From an uncultured Acidobacteriota bacterium (lineage in GTDB: Bacteria > Acidobacteriota > UBA6911): 64,000 nt of DNA. Of the stretch, positions 47,720-58,948 are shown piece after piece. The notes beneath the pieces were generated by a model. That model did no database searches. It was not told the DNA's origin and saw nothing but the letters and a program-made list of their open reading frames with translations. The stretch is from NCBI GenBank assembly GCA_963843575.1, contig CAWJKZ010000014.1, positions 608,001-672,000 on the forward strand, read 5' to 3'. The first letter of the stretch is position 1. Every line of letters begins with the position of its first letter. The position numbers and the translations under genes are program-made.

Positions 47720-48422
47720 CTAAAAGGGCAAAATGCCGTTGAGGATCTTGTACAGCCAACCCGGCCGGATCGGTTCGCTTACCATCCCGCGCCCCTGGAC
47801 CCGGACCGTCATCTGGGCGACTGCCGACGAGGAAACGATGTTGTTGCGGTTGATGTCCTCGGCTCGGACGATCCCGGTCAGGTAGACGTTCTGGGTTTCG
47901 TTGTTCAACCGCACCTCGCGCACGGCTTCGACCAGGAGGTATCCGTTCGGCAAAACGTCCGTCACCCGGGCGGTCAGGCTCGTCTGCAGCGTGGAGGCCC
48001 GGGTGGTCGAGCCTTTCCCCTCGAAAGAGCTGCTGCTCTTCCCCGCCACCAGCGACGGGAGTTCCTTGACCTTGCCTTCCAGGCCGAAGAGGCCGTTGAA
48101 TCCCGCATTCGCCTCGGTGTTCCTGCTGTTTGTCGCATCGGCGCTGGCGCTGGCCAGGGTGGATTCCGCCACCCGGATCGTCACCACATCGTTGACGTTT
48201 CGGGCCCGGAAGTCGCGAAACAGTTCGGAGCGGCGACCGTTGGGCACCCAGAGCGAGCCCTCGGTGGAGGGGCGAGCTGCCGGCTGCGCTTTTGCCTCGG
48301 ACACGTAGGCCTGCAAGGCGGGGATAGCCGTTGACCGCGCGGACTTCGGACCGCACCCTGCGCCCAAGACAGGCCAGTGCGCCGCCGGCGCAGACAACGA
48401 CAACTCCGCGGACCCTGTTCAT
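47720..48422 (-). CDS. flgH: L-ring lipoprotein FlgH (frameshift near 48363)
   Basis: GSLW, VLPNG, TGIVR, GWL..ILPF; deleting one G from GGG restores the signal peptide and lipobox GAGC. Confidence 0.9.
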
Positions 48423-48436
48423 CTATCGTCCTCCTG

Positions 48437-49177
48437 TCAGTCGATCCTCACTTCGCCCGGCGCGACCACGCGGGCTTTCAGCGGCCGCTCGAACTCCAGG
48501 TTGCGCACGCGGACGACCTGGCCGAGACGGCCGTTTTGCTCCGCCCGGGCCAGAGCCGACAGAACAATGCCGACCCGCTCGACCCGAAGGCGCACCACGT
48601 CCCCGCTGCGCACCAGGAACGGGTCGGAAAGCGCGTCGCGCGTCACCGCGGCGCCGGCATCGAGAACGCGTCGAGCCACCTTGCCGGCCACACGCTCGGG
48701 TTCCCGGATATACTCGGCCCGCACGTCGGGAACCTCTTCCTCGACCAACGCCACGTCCTCCGGCGCAAGGACGGCCCCGTAGGGAATCCGCCGTTTCGCC
48801 TTCACAAACCGGCCCCGGACGGAAGCGTCGACGATCACCCAGAACGACAGAACCGGATTCCCACCCGAAACAGCCTCGACGCCCAGCAGGACGCCGTGAT
48901 AGTTCGCGGGTGCGGTTTTCGGAAACACCCGGAAACTCGCATCTCCCTGAGGCAGCTGGAGCCCGGCGACGCCCGTCACCGACCGGATGTCGATATTTTC
49001 GGCGGGACAACGGCATCCCTGCATGATGTGACCCTGCAGTGCGGAGACCAGCTCCGCAGCCCCCGTCAAGTCCCGCTTCGGCGTGGGCGTTTCGCCCCAG
49101 ACCGCGGCGGTCAGAGGTGCGGAGAGAAGCGAGAGGATGACCAGGACCAGCAAGCTCCGAACACTCCCCTCACCCAA
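48437..49177 (-). CDS. flgA: P-ring assembly chaperone FlgA (start uncertain)
   Basis: SAF domain, LVRSGDVV, ARAEQNGRLGQVVRVRN; located between flgG and flgH. Confidence 0.88.
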   Translation of the reverse strand: MGEGSVRSLLVLVILSLLSAPLTAAVWGETPTPKRDLTGAAELVSALQGHIMQGCRCPAENIDIRSVTGVAGLQLPQGDASFRVFPKTAPANYHGVLLGVEAVSGGNPVLSFWVIVDASVRGRFVKAKRRIPYGAVLAPEDVALVEEEVPDVRAEYIREPERVAGKVARRVLDAGAAVTRDALSDPFLVRSGDVVRLRVERVGIVLSALARAEQNGRLGQVVRVRNLEFERPLKARVVAPGEVRID

Positions 49178-49385
49178 CCTAGGGCAGTAAGAACTGCGTG
49201 GCGGGCATGGAAAGTCCGGGAGAGCGCAGGATAACCCCGCGACATCCTCCCGGTTGGAAAGGAAAGGGGTGAGGAGGTCGTCTCCCGTTCGTGCACGCTC
49301 TCGAGGGAATGCACGGGCGAGCCGATCGACCGTGTAACGGAAAGGGTGCCGGGTGAGGAGAGAGTCCGAAGCTAGCATGCCTGGT

Positions 49386-50174
49386 TTACCTGACGACTCC
49401 GTTTGCCTGGGTGAACATCTCGTCCGCCGTGCGGATGACCTTGGAGTTGGCCTCGTACGCGCGCTGGCTGATGATCATGTTGACCATCTCCTCGACGACG
49501 CTGACGTTGGATTGCTCCGTAAAACCCGACAGCAGGGTGCCGAGACCGTTCTCGCCGGGAGTCCCGGTGATCGCCTCCCCCGAAGCCTGGGTCGGCAGGA
49601 ACAGGTTTTTGCCCATGTTCTGCAAACCGGCCGGGTTCTGGAAGAGCGCGATCTCGATCCTGCCCACCTGTTGCGGCGTGTTCTGTCCCGCCTGCAGGAC
49701 CGAAACGGTGCCGTCGTTGCCGATAGTGATGGCAATCTGGTCCTGTGGAATCGTGATCTGCGGGTCGAGCAGATCCCCTTCCGAAGTCACCATCGCGCCG
49801 TCGCGGTTGAGGTGGAAGTTGCCGTTGCGCGTGTAGGCGATCTGGCCGTTGACCTGCCGGACCTGGAAGAAACCCTGCCCCTGGATGACCATGTCGAGCG
49901 GGCTGCTCGTGGAGGCGAAATCCCCCTGGGTGAAGATCATCTCGGTGGCGACGGGCTTGGTCCCCAGTCCGATCTGCAGCCCGACGGGGATTTCGGTGCT
50001 GGCGGTGTTGGCGGCCCCCGCCTGGCGGATGTTCTGGTAAAGCAGGTCCTGGAACTGGGCCCTGCGCAGCTTGAATCCGGTGGTGTTGATGTTGGCCAGG
50101 TTGTGTGCGATGGTGTCGATGTTCAGCTGCTGGGCTTCCATCCCGCTCGCGGCGGTGTACAGGGCGCGCAACAT
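49386..50174 (-). CDS. flgG: Distal rod protein FlgG
   Basis: NLANINTTGFK, FQDLLYQ, YTRNG, EQSNVSVVEEMV. Confidence 0.96.
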   Translation of the reverse strand: MLRALYTAASGMEAQQLNIDTIAHNLANINTTGFKLRRAQFQDLLYQNIRQAGAANTASTEIPVGLQIGLGTKPVATEMIFTQGDFASTSSPLDMVIQGQGFFQVRQVNGQIAYTRNGNFHLNRDGAMVTSEGDLLDPQITIPQDQIAITIGNDGTVSVLQAGQNTPQQVGRIEIALFQNPAGLQNMGKNLFLPTQASGEAITGTPGENGLGTLLSGFTEQSNVSVVEEMVNMIISQRAYEANSKVIRTADEMFTQANGVVR

Positions 50175-50183
50175 ATTGATCTC

Positions 50184-50917
50184 CTAACGGCCAAGCTTCT
50201 CGATGGCCTTGGCGTTGATATCGTTCATGAGCAGGTTGAAGCTCTTCTGTATGGCTTCGAACTGTCTCATGATGCCGACCAGCCCGACCACCGACGAGAT
50301 CGGGTTCACGTTCGACTGCTCCAGGTACCCCTGTTGGATCTCCAGACCGGGCGCTGCCCCGGCCACCTGCCCTTCCGCCGGCGCCAGCAGCGAACTTCCC
50401 TCGCGCAGGAGCGCGGCGGGATTTTCGAATGACGCTGTTTTCAGCCGGTCTATGCGCACGTCGTTGAGGAAGACTTCGCCCTGTTCGTTGATGGCGACCT
50501 TGCCGGGCCCAAGCGTGATCGCACCGTTTTCGCCCAGCACGGGGAAACCGTCGACGGTGCAGAGGACCGATTTCGCGTCGACACAAGGCTGCCGTTGCGC
50601 GTGTAGCGCACCCCCTGCGGGGCCCGCACGGAGAGAAAACCATTGCCGCTCAGGGCTACGTCCAGGTCCCGGCCGGTGAGCGCCAGGGAACCGCCCGCAA
50701 AATTCAGGGAGCCGCGCGACAGGACCGCGTGGTTGTTTATGACCGCCCCCAGTTCTCCGCCGGAGGAGTCCTGCAGGCTTTCATTCAGCAGCGTGTAAAA
50801 GGGCTTTTCCTCCTTGAACCCCGTGGTGTTCACGTTCGACAGGTTGTTCGACAGGATATCCAGCGCGTTCATCTGAGCGCGAAGTCCAGAGTAGGCTGTG
50901 TAGATCCCGCTGTTCAC
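50184..50917 (-). CDS. flgF: Proximal rod protein FlgF (frameshift near 50585)
   Basis: NNLSNVNTTGFK, TGRDLDVAL, YTRNG, then QGYLEQSNV in the shifted frame. Confidence 0.88.
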
Positions 50918-50957
50918 TGTTCGCCTTCCTGTGGGTCGATCTTCCTATCTATCCAGT

Positions 50958-50973
50958 TGCAACATCCGTGCCA
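50958..50973 (-). promoter_or_regulatory. Sigma54 promoter of flgFGAHIJ
   Basis: Minus strand TGGCAC-GGATG-TTGCA (consensus match). Confidence 0.85.
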
Positions 50974-51072
50974 CTCGCCCGGCTCGCTGCCAGGCCGTTC
51001 CCGGCCACCTTCGTGTCGAACTCCCTTGCGAGCGCGGCAATTGTTGCCCAGGGGCGGTGGGCAAGAAGTGCT

Positions 51073-51954
51073 TCAGACACCCCCGGAAGCAAAGGCGAAG
51101 CGCGTTTCCGGGATGCAAGGGACGCCTAGCCCCGCCTGCGGGCCGCCGAGGTGGCACACGTGCTCCGAGCGCCCCGCACAGTCCATGCGCACCCAGAGAC
51201 ACCCCTCGAGCAATTCCATCTGCAGGTTCTCGGCCCGGCGATCGTATGACGTCCTGATGACACCACTGACAATTTCGTGTAACTCCGGCAATGATCCGAA
51301 GCACCCGCAGTCGGACAAATCGAGATCAGAGGGGTCGTACCAGTGCTCGATCAGACGGTCGATGGCCGACACGTCACCAAGATAGGCGGCCACGTCGCTG
51401 CGCAACATCCGGCGCATCCCCTCGTGCAGGAAAGGGCTGACCGGGGCGGTAACCGCAAGGAGCACGGAGCGCTTCTTGTCGTCGTAGCCCACCGCCAGGG
51501 CCCGGGCGCATTTCGCCACCCTGCCGGGGACCAGGTCGGCGGACGGCGGACGGGGATCCGCCTCGCTCAGCTTCAGCAGCGGAAGCCCGAACTGCCGGGA
51601 AAGGGCGACTGTGACCTGGTGCTCCTCGAGAAATCCGAGGCGGATCAGCCACTCCCCTATGCGCCCCTGCTGGGTTTGGCGCTGGCGTGCCACGGCCAGC
51701 TGCAGCTGCTCGGGGGTGATCAGTGCATGATCCAGCAGGATCGACCCGAGGCGCGGGCGCGGGAAGCGCCGTTCCCGCTCCAGGAGCAGGCGCTTCCACC
51801 GGCCCGTCAGGTCGTTCCTGACCTGCGTTTCAAGGCACGCCAGACTGCAAAACGAGTCCCCGTTGAACTGCGGCACCCTGCGCCGGCTCAACAACAGGCT
51901 GAACTCGGAGCGGGTTCGTCCACATCCCTTGCGCTGGCAGCTAGCTTTGACCAT
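51073..51954 (-). CDS. Zn-finger plus MshEN (GspE/PilB N-terminal) protein lacking an ATPase domain
   Basis: CxxxxC...FCSLAC; RLGSILLDHALITPEQLQLAVARQ / RIGEWLIRLGFLEEHQVTVALSRQ tandem motifs; no Walker A. Confidence 0.8.
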   Translation of the reverse strand: MVKASCQRKGCGRTRSEFSLLLSRRRVPQFNGDSFCSLACLETQVRNDLTGRWKRLLLERERRFPRPRLGSILLDHALITPEQLQLAVARQRQTQQGRIGEWLIRLGFLEEHQVTVALSRQFGLPLLKLSEADPRPPSADLVPGRVAKCARALAVGYDDKKRSVLLAVTAPVSPFLHEGMRRMLRSDVAAYLGDVSAIDRLIEHWYDPSDLDLSDCGCFGSLPELHEIVSGVIRTSYDRRAENLQMELLEGCLWVRMDCAGRSEHVCHLGGPQAGLGVPCIPETRFAFASGGV

Positions 51955-52375
51955 GGCTTTGGGAGTCTCCGTTGACGGCCGGGTTGTGCGTGGGTCCGGT
52001 TTCGACGTACTTCCGCAGGCTCAATATCAGCTCCGCTTCCCCTCTGGGCAGTTTCAGGCGTCTTGAGATGTCATCTAGCGCGACGCCGTTCCTGGCCAGC
52101 CGGAGGACGCGGTGGCGCTTGTCGAGCGCCACCCCTGGGTCGGGTCCCGGGACCGAGAGTTCCACGATCCTCTCCTCCAGCGCCGCGATCGCGTCGGTCA
52201 ACTTCCGGTGCGTGGCGATGTGCGTGTCGGCCATCTGGCAGATCGCCTCCGTGCACGCCAGCAGTTCCCGCTCCAGGCCTCGGGTGCGCCGCCTCCAGGC
52301 CAGGTGCAGAATGACAAAAGTCCCCGCCATGGCCAGGGCCGGGAGTGCGATCGCGTTGAGGTGTGGGATAGACAT
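51941..52375 (-). CDS. DUF2802-like membrane-anchored HTH protein
   Basis: N-terminal TM, coiled coil, RLARNG..DDISRRL..PRGEAELIL. Confidence 0.65.
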   Translation of the reverse strand: MSIPHLNAIALPALAMAGTFVILHLAWRRRTRGLERELLACTEAICQMADTHIATHRKLTDAIAALEERIVELSVPGPDPGVALDKRHRVLRLARNGVALDDISRRLKLPRGEAELILSLRKYVETGPTHNPAVNGDSQSHGQS

Positions 52376-52425
52376 GACAGCTCCTCTCTTCAATGGGCCA
52401 CGGGTGCGGTCCTGCGCGTTGCCGC

Positions 52426-52725
52426 TCAGCCGAGCGACCGGATGCGGTCCGCGGTGCTTTCCACCTGCAGGATGCGGACGCCGTAGTTGCCGTCGACCAT
52501 CACCACTTCCCCCGTGGCGATGGGCTTGTCGTTGACCACGACGGTCACGGGGTCGTTCACCGCCTTGTTCAGCTCGATGACGGATCCGACGCCGAGCTTG
52601 AGGACGTCCTTGAGCTGCATTTCCGTGTCGCCGAACGACACCACGATCGGCAACTCGACATCGAGCAGCAGGTCCATGTTCCAGTTCGAGGCTGCCCCGG
52701 TTTCCGCCGGATTCTCTGCGTTCAT
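52426..52725 (-). CDS. fliN: C-ring protein FliN (copy 1)
   Basis: LLLDVELP, GSVIEL, ATGEVVMVDGNYGVRI. Confidence 0.92.
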   Translation of the reverse strand: MNAENPAETGAASNWNMDLLLDVELPIVVSFGDTEMQLKDVLKLGVGSVIELNKAVNDPVTVVVNDKPIATGEVVMVDGNYGVRILQVESTADRIRSLG

Positions 52726-52785
52726 CGCAAACCCTCGTTCTCCTCGCCGCTGTCGCCCCGGACCGCCGGGCCGGCCGCCTGCGAA

Positions 52786-53760
52786 TTAGGTCGACAATTT
52801 CCGGAATATCTCAAACGCCCGCTTCCCCCTGCGCGCGACGATCCTGCCCAGGAACTTCGGCACGCCCCCTACGGAAAGGACCAGCGGGTCGCCGACGCGG
52901 GCGTTGAGCCGCACGACGTCGCCCACTCCGAATTTCAGCAGGTCGTCCACCGTCATGGAGCTGTCCGCAAGCTCCGCGGCGACCGGCACCGGCGCCGGCT
53001 GGAGCAGGCTCAGGATACGCGGGGACTCGGTCCCGGAGACCTTCTGGCGGCGGATATTCCACTGTTGGTCGAACCTGGTCCTGATCATCTTCAGCATCCT
53101 TGAGGGGATGCAGATGTTCATCTTGCCGGAGCTCTCGGTGAGCTTCACCTCGAGCGCCACCGCAACGACCGTCTCGCCGGGAGAGACAATCTGGAACATC
53201 TGGGATTTCATCCCCGTCCCTTCGAGCGACAGGTCCAGTTCGATGATCGGCCGCCAGGCCTCCCGCAGGTCCTTCAGGGCCAGCTTCACCACTCCTTCCA
53301 TGATGTTCATCTCGATCTCGGTTAGGCTCCGATCGACGGTGGAGGGAGCTCCCGGCCCGCCCAGCAGGACATCGATCATGGGGAAGACCAGCCCGGGATT
53401 CAGCTCGAGCACGATATTGCTGTCCAACGGTCTCATCAGCACGCTGTTAAACAGGGTCGGATCGGGCAGCGTCTTCAGGAAATCCGCGTAGGTGACCTGC
53501 TCGACGCGCGCCAGCGTGACATCCACAAAGGCGCGCAGATAGGCCGACAGGGACGAGGCGAAGTTACGGGCGAAATAGTCGTGCATCAGGTGCAGGGATC
53601 GCATCTGGTCCTGCGAGATCCGGTCCGCGCGCCGGAAGTCATACCCGTTGACCTTTCGGCTTTCCTTGGGCGGCTCGGCAGCCTGCGCCAGGGGCAGCTC
53701 CTCGGTGGCCATCGCCGAGAACAGGGCATTGATCTCGTCCTGAGAGAGAATTTTGTCCAT
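52786..53760 (-). CDS. fliM: C-ring protein FliM
   Basis: ILSQDEINAL CheY-binding peptide, YDFRR, LTEIE, C-terminal SpoA domain. Confidence 0.95.
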   Translation of the reverse strand: MDKILSQDEINALFSAMATEELPLAQAAEPPKESRKVNGYDFRRADRISQDQMRSLHLMHDYFARNFASSLSAYLRAFVDVTLARVEQVTYADFLKTLPDPTLFNSVLMRPLDSNIVLELNPGLVFPMIDVLLGGPGAPSTVDRSLTEIEMNIMEGVVKLALKDLREAWRPIIELDLSLEGTGMKSQMFQIVSPGETVVAVALEVKLTESSGKMNICIPSRMLKMIRTRFDQQWNIRRQKVSGTESPRILSLLQPAPVPVAAELADSSMTVDDLLKFGVGDVVRLNARVGDPLVLSVGGVPKFLGRIVARRGKRAFEIFRKLST

Positions 53761-53772
53761 GGGGCTATCCCG

Positions 53773-54540
53773 CTACTCCTGGTCCTTGACCTTGCGCAGC
53801 TTCGTGCGGAGCCGCAGCATGGCCTTGGTGTGCAGTTGCGAAACGCGCGACTCGTTGACGCCGAGCACCTTCCCGATCTCTTTCATGGTGAGCTCGTCGT
53901 AGTAGTAGAGCGAGACCACGAGGCGTTCCTTTTTCGGGAGCAGGTCGATGGCGCCCCCGAGCAGGCCGCGGATCTCGGACTTGTGAAACAGGAAGAACGG
54001 ATCCATCTGCGGGGCGTCCGGGATATACCTGACCAGCGGCTCGCTGTTGCGGTCGTCGTCCTGCGGCGCGAGCTCCTGGAAGCTGCCGAGGTTGAGCCCC
54101 TTGATCTGGTCGACCAGTTCGTAGAACTCCTCGTAGGAGATCTCCATCTCCTCGCACACTTCCTTGTCCGTCGCGGGGCGCCCCAGCCTCTGCTCGAGGT
54201 CCCGGTAGACCTTCTCCAGGTCCTTGCTCTTCTTGCGTAGCGAGCGCGGAGCCCAGTCGAGGTTTCGGAGACTGTCGAGGATGGCCCCCTTGATGCGCAG
54301 CTCGGCATAGGTCTTGAACTTCACGCCGCGGGACGGATCGAACTTCTCGATCGCGTCCAGCAGGCCAAGAACGCCGGCGCTGACCAGGTCGTTGAGCTCG
54401 ACGTGGGAGGGGAGCTTGGTCGAGATACGCTGGGCGATGTACTTGATCTGCGACAGATGTTCCAGGATGAGCTGCTCGCGCTCGGCCTCCCGGGGAGCGG
54501 GGGCTTCATAGACTCTCGCTTGGCGTGCCAACTCTTGCAT
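53773..54540 (-). CDS. fliA: RNA polymerase sigma28 FliA
   Basis: DLVSAGVLGLL, FKTYA, GAILDSLR..DWAPRS, ESRVSQLH; SD GAGGA before ATG 54540 (alternative start 54615). Confidence 0.95.
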   Translation of the reverse strand: MQELARQARVYEAPAPREAEREQLILEHLSQIKYIAQRISTKLPSHVELNDLVSAGVLGLLDAIEKFDPSRGVKFKTYAELRIKGAILDSLRNLDWAPRSLRKKSKDLEKVYRDLEQRLGRPATDKEVCEEMEISYEEFYELVDQIKGLNLGSFQELAPQDDDRNSEPLVRYIPDAPQMDPFFLFHKSEIRGLLGGAIDLLPKKERLVVSLYYYDELTMKEIGKVLGVNESRVSQLHTKAMLRLRTKLRKVKDQE

Positions 54541-54654
54541 ATGGGATCCTCGTACACGCAGGTAAGGCCGGCTGACGGCACTTTCCTGCAGGCTATTCGA
54601 CGTGCTTTCCATCATTCTTTCCGGGACGCGGCTAAGGGTCGCCCGTTCGAAACG

Positions 54655-55563
54655 TCAGTTGACCCAATCATTGAGAAGTTTTTCCCAGACGAGGCTGTCG
54701 ACGGCCGGCAACGACGACCCTTGCCGGGCGACCGCCCGTGCGAGAACTCGGAAACACCGGCTGGCCGGAGAGTTGGGGTAGCGCTGGCTCACCAGCACCT
54801 GACTCCGGACAGCCTGGGGCACATGCGCGTCGCGCTCGATGTGCCCGAGGTACTCGACCTCGCGGTTGAGAAATCGCTTCACTACCGAATTGATCTGCCT
54901 GAACACGTCCCTCGCCTCGTCCCCGTGGCGGACGGAGTTGATGAGGACGCTGACCTGCTTCTGCGGCTGTTCTGCAAGGATGATCTTGACGACCGCATAG
55001 GCATCGACAATCGCGGTCGGCTCGGGATCGCTCACGACGACCACTTCGTGGGCCGAGCGCAGAAAGTGCGTGACGTTGCGGGAAATGCCCGCGGCGGTGT
55101 CGATGATGAAGAAGTCGCTGTCCCTGTCGAAATCGGCGAAGCTCTCGACAAGGTGGTTTCGCTGTCCAAGAGTCAGTTCCGAAAGCCGCTGCAACCCGGA
55201 ACTGGCCGGGATGACCCGGAAGCCGTTGGGGGCGTCCACGATGATCTCCGAGAGGCTCTTGTTGCCGAACAGCACGTGCCCCAGGTGAAACCGCGGGGTC
55301 AAGCCCAGCAAGATATCGAGATTCGCCAACCCGAAATCCGCGTCCAGCACGACCACCTTCTTGCCCAACTCCGCCAGGTTCGCCGCCAGGTTGGCCACCA
55401 CGTTGGTCTTGCCGACCCCGCCCTTGCCGCTCGTTACGGCGATGATCCGGGTCCCGGCCTGCCTCTCGGTCGACGCGGTTGTTCCCTGCCCCGATGTACG
55501 TTCCAGGGTGGCCGCCTGGTGGGGGATGCGATTCGAAACTTCCAACTTCCGTGGTTTTTCCAC
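54655..55563 (-). CDS. flhG: FlhG/FleN MinD-like ATPase
   Basis: SGKGGVGKT, DADFGLAN, DTAAG, PEPTAIVDAY; located between flhF and fliA. Confidence 0.93.
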   Translation of the reverse strand: MEKPRKLEVSNRIPHQAATLERTSGQGTTASTERQAGTRIIAVTSGKGGVGKTNVVANLAANLAELGKKVVVLDADFGLANLDILLGLTPRFHLGHVLFGNKSLSEIIVDAPNGFRVIPASSGLQRLSELTLGQRNHLVESFADFDRDSDFFIIDTAAGISRNVTHFLRSAHEVVVVSDPEPTAIVDAYAVVKIILAEQPQKQVSVLINSVRHGDEARDVFRQINSVVKRFLNREVEYLGHIERDAHVPQAVRSQVLVSQRYPNSPASRCFRVLARAVARQGSSLPAVDSLVWEKLLNDWVN

Positions 55564-55576
55564 TTGAGACTCCGTG

Positions 55577-56700
55577 TCAGGCGTCTTTCAGGACGATGTC
55601 CAGGATGCGTTCCTTCGGCAGCACGTGGATGTCTTCGGGCACGCGCTGGCCGTCTGTGTAGAACGACAGCGGCATCCCCGTCCGGACGAGCTCGTTGAAG
55701 ACCGGGCCGAAGGCCCCCGTCTCGTCCAGCTTGGTAAACAGGAGGTGATCCGGCTTGCAGGGACCGAATCGCGTCACGATCTCTTCCAGATCGGCGGACC
55801 TCGTCGTGGCGCTCAAAACGAGGTGCCGTTCCATGTCCGGCGCAACGCCGGCCAGGTCCGCCAGAGCGCCTATGGCTGCGCTGTCCCTGGGTGCCCGGCC
55901 AGCCGTGTCGATCAGGACGTAGTCGCGCCGGGAGTGCTCTTCGAGCGTGGCCCTGAGACCGTCAAGGTCCCTCGCAAACCGGAAAGGGACCCCGATCAGG
56001 GAGGCGTAAGTCCGCAACTGCTCGACCGCGCCGATACGGTACCCGTCGAGCGTCACCAGCACGACGCTCCGTCTCTTCTGAAGGGCCAGGCGCGCGGCCA
56101 GTTTCGCGATCGTGGTCGTTTTGCCAACGCCCGTCGGCCCTATGAACGCGACGAGGCGCTTGCCCGGAAGTTCTTCCCCGTTGCGCCCGAGATCAACCCG
56201 CCGGAGAGGGAGTTCAAGGCCGAGAGCAACGCGGCGCGATGACGCCGCCGGGGGACGTCGAGCATTCGGACCGATTGCCTGACCAGCCTTCGGGCGAGCC
56301 AGGCGTGAACTCCGGCCGTGACCAGATCGCGGTACAGCACGGCGGCCGTGCTGGCGCGCTGCTGCGCGGTTCTTTTCGTCGTGGAGGTCGCCTGCCCGGG
56401 GATCCCGCGCAGTGAAGCGGGGGTGTACAGGTCGGGGTCGGCCTCGGCCGGCGCACGGTCAGGACCGTCGACTGCGGCTGGGTTGCTGCCCTGGGACGCT
56501 CGCGGCGCTTTCGCAGGTCCCCTGAAGAGTTCCACCCCGTCGCAATTGTCGGCCGCGGCAACCACCTCGACGGTGGTCTCGCCGCCCGACCGGGAGGGTT
56601 TCTCCTTAGTGGAAAGCAGCAGGGCATCCGGGCCGAGTTCGGCCTTGATGTCTCGCAACGCCTCAGCCATTGTCCGGGCGTAGAAAGTCTTGATCCTCAT
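55577..56700 (-). CDS. flhF: SRP-type GTPase FlhF (frameshift near 56150)
   Basis: MRIKTFYA..ELGPDA N-terminus; GPTGVGKTTT, DTAG, TKLDE and GQRVPED in the shifted frame. Confidence 0.9.
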
Positions 56701-56701
56701 C

Positions 56702-58784
56702 CTAGCTCACCATCCCCACTGAAAGGACCCGGACGTTTGGCGGTATCTCGCTGTGCGAAAGGATGGCCACGCCCGGCAGATAGCGTTCGAGCAGCTGCCT
56801 CACATACATGCGGACGTTCGGCGAGCAGAGGATCACGGGGCTTGCTGAACCGGCCGCGGACTCGAGGGTGCGCCGGAAGCGGCTCATGATGTCCTTGGCC
56901 TGCCGAGGTTCCAGCGCCAGGTACGCTCCCTGGTCGGTGTGCACCACGCCGTCGGTTACCGCCTTCTCCAGTTCCGGGCTCACCGTGAACACGGGCAGTT
57001 CGCCGCTGTCGTTCTGGTAGGGCCGGCACAGCGAACGGGCCAGGGCCTGGCGGCAGTACTCGGTCAGCAGACCGATGTTTTTCGTGAAGGATCCGTAGTC
57101 GGCCAGGGTCTCCAGTATGGAGACGACGTCCCGGATGCTGACGCGCTCCTTGAGCAGATTCTGGAGCACCTTCTGCACCTCGCCGATCGAGAGCACTTTC
57201 GGCACCAGCTCCTCCACCACCTTCGGGTGCGTCTCGGCCACGGTGTCGAGCAGGCTCTTGGTTTCCTGACGTCCGAGCAGTTCGTGGGCGTGCGACTTGA
57301 TGATCTCGGTGACGTGCGTGGCGAGGACCGTTGTGGGGTCCACGACGGTGTAGCCCGCAAGCTGTGCACGTTCGCGGTCGCTCGATTTGATCCATCGCGC
57401 CGGCAAGCCGAATGCCGGCTCCCGCGTGACCACGCCGCTGAGTTCCTCGCGCGCGGTCCCCGGGTTGATCGCGAGCAGATGTTCCTGGAACAGTTCTCCC
57501 CGGGCGATCTCGACACCTTTCAGCAGAATCGAGTACTCCTTTGCGCCCAGCTGCAGGTTGTCGGTTATGTGAACCGGGGGCACGACGAGGCCCATGTCGA
57601 GCGCGATCTGTCGGCGGATGGACTTGATCCGGCCGAGGAAATCGCCACCCTGGCTCGCGTCGACGAAACGGATCAGGCCATAACCCACCTCGACCCCCAG
57701 CAGATCCACCTTGAGCAGGGATTCGATCTTTTCCTTCGGGCGCTCGGCCTCGGCCCGATCAGCCTTGTGCTTTTCCAGCAGCACCCGCTCCCCTTCCCGC
57801 AGGCGTCTGGTGCGCACGGCCATGATCCCGGTCATCGCCGCCAGCAGGAAGAACGGGGGGCCTGGGAGGCCGGGCACGAGGCCGAAGAAGAACAGAAAAC
57901 CCGAGCCGATGGCGATCGGGATGTGGTTCTTGAACAGCTGGCTCGCGACGTCGTCGCCCAGGTTTGCGTCCGAGGCCGCGCGCGTCGTGATGATGCCCCC
58001 TGCGACGGAGATCAGCAGCGAGGGGATGGCGGTCACCAGTCCGTCTCCGATCGTGAGCACCGTGAAGCGCTTCGCCGCCTCGGCCAGATCCATGTCGAAC
58101 TGAAAGACGCCGATGAGGAAGCCGCCGACAATATTGATGGTGAGGATGAGCATGCTGGCGATGGCGTCGCGGCTCGTGAACCGGATGGCCCCGTCCATGG
58201 CCCCGTAGAACTCGGCCTCCTTGAGAGACCATCTCGCGGCGCGCACGCGCCTCGTGTTCGTCGATCAGTCCCGCACTCAGGTCGGCATCGATGGCCATCT
58301 GCTTGCCGGGCATCGCGTCCAGGGTGAATCTGGCGGTGACTTCCGATATGCGGACGGAACCGTGGTTGATGACGATGAACTGAATTCCTATGAGGACCAG
58401 GAAGACGACGATACCGACGAAGTAGTTGCCGCCGACCACGAACTGGCCGAACGACTGGATCACCCTCCCGGCCGCGTCCTCCCCCTCGGATCCGTGCAGC
58501 AGGATGAGACGGGTCGACGCCACGTTCAGGGCGAGCCGGAAAAGGGTGACGATGAGGAGAAGCGACGGGAACACCGAGAAGTGGACCGGCTGCAGAATGT
58601 ACATCGAGACCAGCAGAATCAGGATCGAGAGGGTGATGTTCAGGCTGATCAGGAGGTCCATCGCCATGGTCGGCATGGGCAGCACCATGACAACCAGTAT
58701 CCCCATCACCGCCACGGGAACGATCAGGTGGACCTTGCCGAGGATTTGGGCGGGGCTTGAAGTGGCACTCTCTGCGACGCTCAT
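56702..58784 (-). CDS. flhA: Export gate protein FlhA (frameshift near 58225)
   Basis: [24 protein letters not shown], then EFYGAMDGA and TIGDGL in the next frame. Confidence 0.93.
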
Positions 58785-58833
58785 CGAACTTCCTCGATCT
58801 CCAGAGGGTTGTCTGCTGTTCGGAAGGCATTAA

Positions 58834-58849
58834 CGCAATTGGTATGCCA
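58834..58849 (-). promoter_or_regulatory. Sigma54 promoter of the flhA operon
   Basis: Minus strand TGGCAT-ACCAA-TTGCG. Confidence 0.8.
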
Positions 58850-58948
58850 CTGGAGACGGCGGAATCAGGCGGCGTTGCGGCGGTTTTCAGCGGGGCGGCA
58901 GAGGGCGTGGAAGCGTGTGCTCCGGCAATCCTGGAGGGTCCCGGCGCC

